From the NCBI GenBank assembly GCA_945932315.1, contig CAMEPU010000001.1:1-62986 (forward strand): a stretch of 62,986 nucleotides of DNA, read 5' to 3'. The DNA is from an uncultured Clostridia bacterium (GTDB taxonomy: Bacteria > Bacillota > Clostridia > Oscillospirales > Butyricicoccaceae). Each line of letters starts with the position of its first letter. Within the stretch, counting starts at the first letter, position 1. Of this stretch, positions 57,833 to 62,986 are shown one piece after another. The notes under the pieces were generated by a model. It was not told the origin of the DNA, did not search any database, and worked only from the letters and a program-made list of their open reading frames with translations. The translations under genes and the position numbers were made by a program.

Positions 57833-60800
57833 CAAACGAAAAGCAACTCGAGCGCGTGCTCAACAAAGCCGAGCGCCTGCTGAAGGTCTACGACCACTAC
57901 CTGTTCACGCCGCTGGCCGAGATCCCCATGGAGGGCTGGGAGTGTAAGGAACATCTGCGCACCCCGCCCACCGACGTGCCCTACCGCCCGATGCACGCGG
58001 GCGACAAGTGGGGCGAGGAATGGGGCAACCTGTGGCTGCGCGGCAGCTACACCGTGCCCGCCGAGCAGGCGGGCAAGCCGCTGTACATCCTGCCCCGTCT
58101 GGGCGGCTGGGAGGGCTTCCTCTTTTTAAACGGCGTGCCCCACGCCATCTTTACGAACAAATACACCTATGAGACGCACGGCAACCACTACACCGCCCGG
58201 GTCACCCCGGGTGCGGCCGCCGGCGAGACCCTGCGCTTCGATTTCGAGTACTACGCGGGCCATTACATCCCGGGCTGCCAGCCCTATGAGGACACCGGAC
58301 TCCGCGACTGCAGCCACGTGTACGAGAAGGTCGAGATCGCCGAGCGGAACGAGGACGTGCTCGCCTTTGTGACCGACCTGCGCGTCATCTGCTCGCTCGC
58401 CCGTTCGCTCCCCCGCGACAGCTTCCGCCGGGGCGACCTCGTGCGCGGCATCTACGATGTCGTCGGCCTGTGCCCGACCGATCCCGAGAACACGGACGGC
58501 TGGCGCGAGGGGATGCGTCTGGCCGACGAGCGCCTCCAGCCCCTGCTGGCCGCGAAGAACGCGGAGAGCGCGCCCATCACCGCTGTCATCGGCCACAGCC
58601 ACATGGACACCGCCTGGCTCTGGCCGATCAGCGAGACCGTGCGCAAGTGCGCCCGCACCTACGCGAACGCCGTCCGCCTGATGGACGAGTACCCCGAATA
58701 CCGCTTCTTCCAGAGCTCGGCGTATCACTCCGAGATGATCCGGCGCAACTACCCCACTCTGTTTGAGAAGATGAAGGAGAAGATCGCGGACGGCCGGTAC
58801 GAGCCGGGCGGCGCGGTCTACGTCGAGTGTGACTGCAACATGGTCTCGGGCGAGAGCCTGGTGCGCCAGTTCCTCTGGGGCCAGAAGTACAACGAGAAGC
58901 ACTTCGGCATCCGCTCCAACAACTTCTGGCTGCCCGACACCTTCGGTTACAGCGCGGCCATCCCGCAGGTCATGCGGAAGAGCGGCGTGCGCTATTTCTT
59001 CACGACCAAGCTGTCCTGGAACGACACCAACGTCTTCCCCTACGACACCTTCTGGTGGGAGGGCCTGGACGGCAGCCGGGTGTTCACCCACTTCAACGCC
59101 ACCCACTGTGAGCCCGAGCCCGCGACCCTGCTGCGCTACACGGTCGGCAACGACGACTCGGCCTTCACGCAGGAGAGCAAGGACAAGCACGTCAGCCGCC
59201 GCAAGCTGATCGCTTACGGCTACGGCGACGGCGGCGGCGGCCCGCAGTTTGAGCACATGGAGCTGGTGCGCCGCGAGAACGACCTCGACGGCTGCCCGCG
59301 CACCGCGCACCGCTCGGTCGCCGAATTCGCCGAGGAGATGGAGCGCGAGGCGCATGACGTGCCCGTCCACGCGGGCGAGCTCTACCTCGAGCTGCACCGC
59401 GGCACCCTGACGAACCGCCACCAGATCAAGCGCAACAACCGCAAGGCCGAGGTCGCGCTCCACGATCTCGAGCTGCTGACCGTGCTCGACGCGGTCGGCC
59501 GGGACGCCTGCGCCGACGACACGGCCATCCGCCCCTATATGGAGACCCTGCTCAAGAACCAGTTCCACGACATCCTGCCGGGCAGCTCGATCACCCGGGT
59601 GCACGAGGAGTGCATCGCCGAGATGAACGCGCTGATCGAGCGGGTGCGCGGGCTGCAGAAGGAAGTCGTCGGCGCCTCGGGCGAGGGCTTCACCGTGTTC
59701 AATCCGCTCGGCTTCGCACGGTGCGACACAATTTGCCTGCCGGGCGCGCAGCCGGGTGGCCAGACCTTCACCGACGTGTTCGGTCAGACCGTCACCGCGT
59801 ATGAGAACGTGGCGCTCGCGCCCATGGGCACGGCCGTGCTCCGCCCCGCAGCGGGCGAGCCCGGGAAAATCCCGTTCACCGTCGGCGAGGACACCCTCGA
59901 GACCCCGTACTACACCGTGCGCTGGGACGAGAACGGCGGCTTTGCGTCGCTCGTCGACAAGCGCGTCGGCCGCGAGCTGCGCAGCGGTCTGCCGCTCAAC
60001 ACCTTCGTGCTGGCCGAGGACGTGCCGTGGATGTGGGACAACTGGGACGTCGACCCGGACACGGTCGAGGATCGCTTCCAGCCGACGGCCACGCTGCTCT
60101 CCCGCACGCTCGTTAGCGTGGGCGAAAGTCAGGCGCGTTTCCGCTGCGCGTACCGCCTGACCGGGAAGTCCACCCTCACGCAGGACGTGGTGTTCTACGC
60201 GAACCGCCCCGAGATCGCCTTCGAGACCCGGATGGACTGGAACGACAAGCATCACTTCCTCAAGGTGTCCTTCGATACCCCGATCCGCGCGCGCTTTGCG
60301 TCGCACGAGATCCAGTTCGGCCACATCGAGCGGCCGACCACCCGCAACAACTCGCTGGAGCAGGCCATGTTCGAGGTCTGCAACCACAAATATACCGACC
60401 TGTCCGAGCCCCATTACGGCTGCGCGCTGCTCAACGACGGCAAATACGGCGTGTCCGTCCGGGGCGGCAGCATCCGCCTCTCCCTGCACAAGTCGGGTTG
60501 CCGTCCGGACACGACGGGCGACATCGGCGTGCACGACGTGACCTACGTCTTCCTGCCGCACGAAGGCCCGCTCTCGGCTGAGTCCGTCACCCGCCCGGCG
60601 TACTGCCTGAACAGCCCCGCGCGGGTGTTCGAGGGCGTACGCGCGCTGCCCGCAGCGCCCATCACCGTCGACGCGCCTTCGGTCGTCATCGAGTCGGTCA
60701 AGCCCCTGCATGAGCGCGCCGAGCGCGCGCTGGTCGTCCGCCTGTACGAGTGCGAGGGCGGCTGGGCCAAGACCGGCCTGCACTTCGCCGATTACATCAA

Positions 60801-60903
60801 ATCGGCCGAGGAGACCGATCTGCTCGAGGAGAACGGCGCGCCCGTCGGCGGCGAGCTGACGTTTACGCCTTTTGAGATCAAAACGCTGATTCTGCGGTAT
60901 TGA
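57829..60903 (+). CDS. Alpha-mannosidase, GH38
   Basis: GHSHMDTAWLWP, WLPDTFGY, YGYGDGGGGP, ELYLELHRG, NQFHDILPGS, LLNDGKYG. Confidence 0.95.
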   Translation: MTNEKQLERVLNKAERLLKVYDHYLFTPLAEIPMEGWECKEHLRTPPTDVPYRPMHAGDKWGEEWGNLWLRGSYTVPAEQAGKPLYILPRLGGWEGFLFLNGVPHAIFTNKYTYETHGNHYTARVTPGAAAGETLRFDFEYYAGHYIPGCQPYEDTGLRDCSHVYEKVEIAERNEDVLAFVTDLRVICSLARSLPRDSFRRGDLVRGIYDVVGLCPTDPENTDGWREGMRLADERLQPLLAAKNAESAPITAVIGHSHMDTAWLWPISETVRKCARTYANAVRLMDEYPEYRFFQSSAYHSEMIRRNYPTLFEKMKEKIADGRYEPGGAVYVECDCNMVSGESLVRQFLWGQKYNEKHFGIRSNNFWLPDTFGYSAAIPQVMRKSGVRYFFTTKLSWNDTNVFPYDTFWWEGLDGSRVFTHFNATHCEPEPATLLRYTVGNDDSAFTQESKDKHVSRRKLIAYGYGDGGGGPQFEHMELVRRENDLDGCPRTAHRSVAEFAEEMEREAHDVPVHAGELYLELHRGTLTNRHQIKRNNRKAEVALHDLELLTVLDAVGRDACADDTAIRPYMETLLKNQFHDILPGSSITRVHEECIAEMNALIERVRGLQKEVVGASGEGFTVFNPLGFARCDTICLPGAQPGGQTFTDVFGQTVTAYENVALAPMGTAVLRPAAGEPGKIPFTVGEDTLETPYYTVRWDENGGFASLVDKRVGRELRSGLPLNTFVLAEDVPWMWDNWDVDPDTVEDRFQPTATLLSRTLVSVGESQARFRCAYRLTGKSTLTQDVVFYANRPEIAFETRMDWNDKHHFLKVSFDTPIRARFASHEIQFGHIERPTTRNNSLEQAMFEVCNHKYTDLSEPHYGCALLNDGKYGVSVRGGSIRLSLHKSGCRPDTTGDIGVHDVTYVFLPHEGPLSAESVTRPAYCLNSPARVFEGVRALPAAPITVDAPSVVIESVKPLHERAERALVVRLYECEGGWAKTGLHFADYIKSAEETDLLEENGAPVGGELTFTPFEIKTLILRY

Positions 60904-60923
60904 CCGCAATAGGAGGAAAACGC

Positions 60924-61874
60924 ATGGATATCACCGCATTGGGAGAAATTTTGATCGACTATACGCCTATGCCCAAATCCCCGGCGGGCATGCAGGTCTT
61001 TGAGCAGAACCCGGGCGGCGCGCCCGCGAACGTGCTGGCCTGCGCGGCCAAGCTGGGACGTGAGGCCGCCTTCATCGGCAAGATCGGCTGCGACATGCAG
61101 GGCGAGTTCCTGCGGCAGACGCTGGTCGACGCGGGCATCGACGACCGGGGCGTGGTCTCCGACCCCAATTATTTCACCACGCTGGCGTTCGTTTCGCTCT
61201 CGCCATCGGGTGAGCGCAGCTTCGCCTTCGCGCGCAAGCCGGGCGCGGACACCCAGCTCCGGGCGGACGAGCTCGACGGCGAGCTGCTCGGGCAGACCGC
61301 AATCCTGCACGTCGGCTCGCTGTCGCTGACCGACGAGCCCGCGCGCACCGCGACCCTGCGGGCGATCGAGACTGCCAAGGCGGCCGGCGCGATCATCTCG
61401 TATGACCCGAACTACCGCCCGCTGCTCTGGGCGAGCGAGGAAGCCGCGATCGAACAGATGCGCTCGATCCTGTCCTCCGTCGATATCATCAAGATCTCGG
61501 ACGAGGAGACCGCGCTGCTGACCGGCGAGGCCGCGCCCGAGGCGGCGGCGAAGAAGCTGCTCGGGCAGGGCACCCCGGTCGTCATGGTCACGCTGGGCGC
61601 GCACGGCGCGCTGGTCGCGACCCGCGAGGGGATCGAGACCGTCCCGGGCTTTAAGAGCGAGGCGGTGGACACCACGGGCGCGGGCGACTCCTTCTGGGGC
61701 GGCGTGCTGACCTGCCTGTCCGAGAGCGGCAAGCGCCCGGACGAGCTGACGCTCGAAGAGGCCGTCCGGTTCGCCCGGTTCGGCAACGCGGTCGCGGCGC
61801 TGTGCGTCCGCAAGCGCGGCGCGATCCCGGCCATGCCCGCGCGCGAGGACGTGCTCGCGCTGCTGAACGGCTGA
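60924..61874 (+). CDS. PfkB carbohydrate kinase (fructokinase-like)
   Basis: GGAPANV, YDPNYR, DTTGAGDSF. Confidence 0.93.
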   Translation: MDITALGEILIDYTPMPKSPAGMQVFEQNPGGAPANVLACAAKLGREAAFIGKIGCDMQGEFLRQTLVDAGIDDRGVVSDPNYFTTLAFVSLSPSGERSFAFARKPGADTQLRADELDGELLGQTAILHVGSLSLTDEPARTATLRAIETAKAAGAIISYDPNYRPLLWASEEAAIEQMRSILSSVDIIKISDEETALLTGEAAPEAAAKKLLGQGTPVVMVTLGAHGALVATREGIETVPGFKSEAVDTTGAGDSFWGGVLTCLSESGKRPDELTLEEAVRFARFGNAVAALCVRKRGAIPAMPAREDVLALLNG

Positions 61875-61890
61875 TTCTCCCCAAAAAAGC

Positions 61891-61930
61891 AAAGCGTGCG
61901 CATTGCGAAAAGCAGTGCGCACGCTTTTTT
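61891..61930 (+). terminator. Terminator of the carbohydrate operon
   Basis: aaagcgtgcgcattgc-gaaaa-gcagtgcgcacgctttttt. Confidence 0.8.
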
Positions 61931-61935
61931 AATCC

Positions 61936-62061
61936 GTCCCTTTGGGACACCTTCACTTCTCTGCAGGAGAAATTTCATGTGCCTATCGGGCACATTTCAT
62001 ATCGCTTCGCGATATTTCACACGCCCGGAGGGCGTATCTCATCGGAACACGTCAGTGTTCC
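61936..62061. repeat. Array of variable mini-hairpins joined by a conserved ATTTCAY linker
   Basis: Six 5-7 bp stems separated by accttcac/atttcat/atttcat/atttcac/atctcatc. Confidence 0.85.
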
Positions 62062-62986
62062 TCCAGCCAGCGCAACGCCGTGTAGGCGTACACCGCGCTG
62101 CCCGTGGGCAGGACGCTTTCGTCGAACTTGACCATCGGGTGGTGCTGGGGGTAGCAGTACCCCTTTTCGGGCTGGCCGCTCGCGAGCGCCAGCATGATGG
62201 ACGGCACCTCCTGACTGACATAGGCGAAGTCCTCCGACCCGGCGGTCTTAGACGATTTCCCGCCGCCCATCGCGGCCAATGCCGCGGCCGAGAAAGCTTT
62301 CTCCTCTCCGAGCAGCTCGCGGACGTAGGTTTCGGCACATTCGGACAGCGCCCGGTCGTTGACCAGCGTGGGGCAGCCGCTGCCGAAGGTGACGGTGGCC
62401 TCAGCGCGGAAAGCGCGGGCGACGCCCTCGGCAATTTGGGTCAGCCGCTCCTTGATATAGGCGCGCGTCTCCTCGTCGAAGGTGCGGATGCTGCCGCCCA
62501 TGACCGCGGCGTCCGGGATCGCGTTCGCGGCCGTGCCCGCGTGCAGCGTGCCCACGGTCAGCACGGCGCGGTCGCCCATCGCGAGCTCGCGCGCCTGAAT
62601 CTCCTGCAGGGCGATCAGAATGTGCGCCGCCGCCGTCAGAGGATCGACGCCGGTGTTGGGCATCGAGCCGTGGCAGCCCTTGCCCTGGACTTTGATCTCA
62701 AAATAGTCGGCCGCGGGCGCGCTCACGCCCGGGCCGGAGACGATGACCGTGCCCGGGATGAAGGGCATGCCCGCCATGACGTGGATCATCAGGGCGGCGT
62801 CGACGGTGGGGTTCTCGAGCAGTCCGGCCTCGATCATGTCGTGCGAGCCCTCGAAGATCTCCTCGGCGGGCTGGAACATCAGCTTGACCGTGCCCGCGAT
62901 CTCGTCCTCGTGGGCCTTCAGCAGCCGGGCCGCGCCCAGCAGCATGGCGGTGTGCAGGTCGTGGCCGCAGGCGTGCATCCGGCCGT
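62052..62986 (-). CDS. M20 family amidohydrolase (5' end outside the window)
   Basis: MHACGHD, FQPAEE, GKGCHGSMP, SEDF, HHP. Confidence 0.93.
   Translation of the reverse strand, partial: GRMHACGHDLHTAMLLGAARLLKAHEDEIAGTVKLMFQPAEEIFEGSHDMIEAGLLENPTVDAALMIHVMAGMPFIPGTVIVSGPGVSAPAADYFEIKVQGKGCHGSMPNTGVDPLTAAAHILIALQEIQARELAMGDRAVLTVGTLHAGTAANAIPDAAVMGGSIRTFDEETRAYIKERLTQIAEGVARAFRAEATVTFGSGCPTLVNDRALSECAETYVRELLGEEKAFSAAALAAMGGGKSSKTAGSEDFAYVSQEVPSIMLALASGQPEKGYCYPQHHPMVKFDESVLPTGSAVYAYTALRWLEEH

Noticed and set aside
61936-62061. CRISPR array interpretation
   Set aside because: The constant part is only 7 nt, the variable parts are 13-18 nt and self-complementary, and there are no cas genes.

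Overview
GC-rich (roughly 65%) chromosomal segment of a Clostridia-class Firmicute. Gene content and small-protein families suggest Oscillospiraceae/Butyricicoccaceae (inference). Core blocks: guaB 3' end, plsC, yigZ-hflX-rpmE, luxS, dgt-dnaG-rpoD, rimP-nusA-ylxR-ylxQ-infB-rbfA-nrnA-truB-ribF and aroD. Small accessory islets lie between them: two Phd/RelE-ParE type II toxin-antitoxin pairs, an unannotated type I TA locus (29-aa hydrophobic peptide plus antisense sRNA) and two divergent 'XRE-HTH + small acidic protein' modules. The window also has a BirA-box-controlled bioY, a CobW-type GTPase pair with a very long His tract, a LytTR/GHKL system beside an ABC exporter, and a ~14-kb carbohydrate cluster (DUF4432-like epimerase, GntR-LacI regulator, ABC importer, PHP metallohydrolase, two GH38-like enzymes, PfkB kinase). 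The most unusual non-coding element is at 61936-62061: an array of sequence-variable mini-hairpins joined by a conserved ATTTCAY linker. No rRNA, tRNA, CRISPR array, integrase or transposase was recognised. All calls come from motif reading, not database searches.
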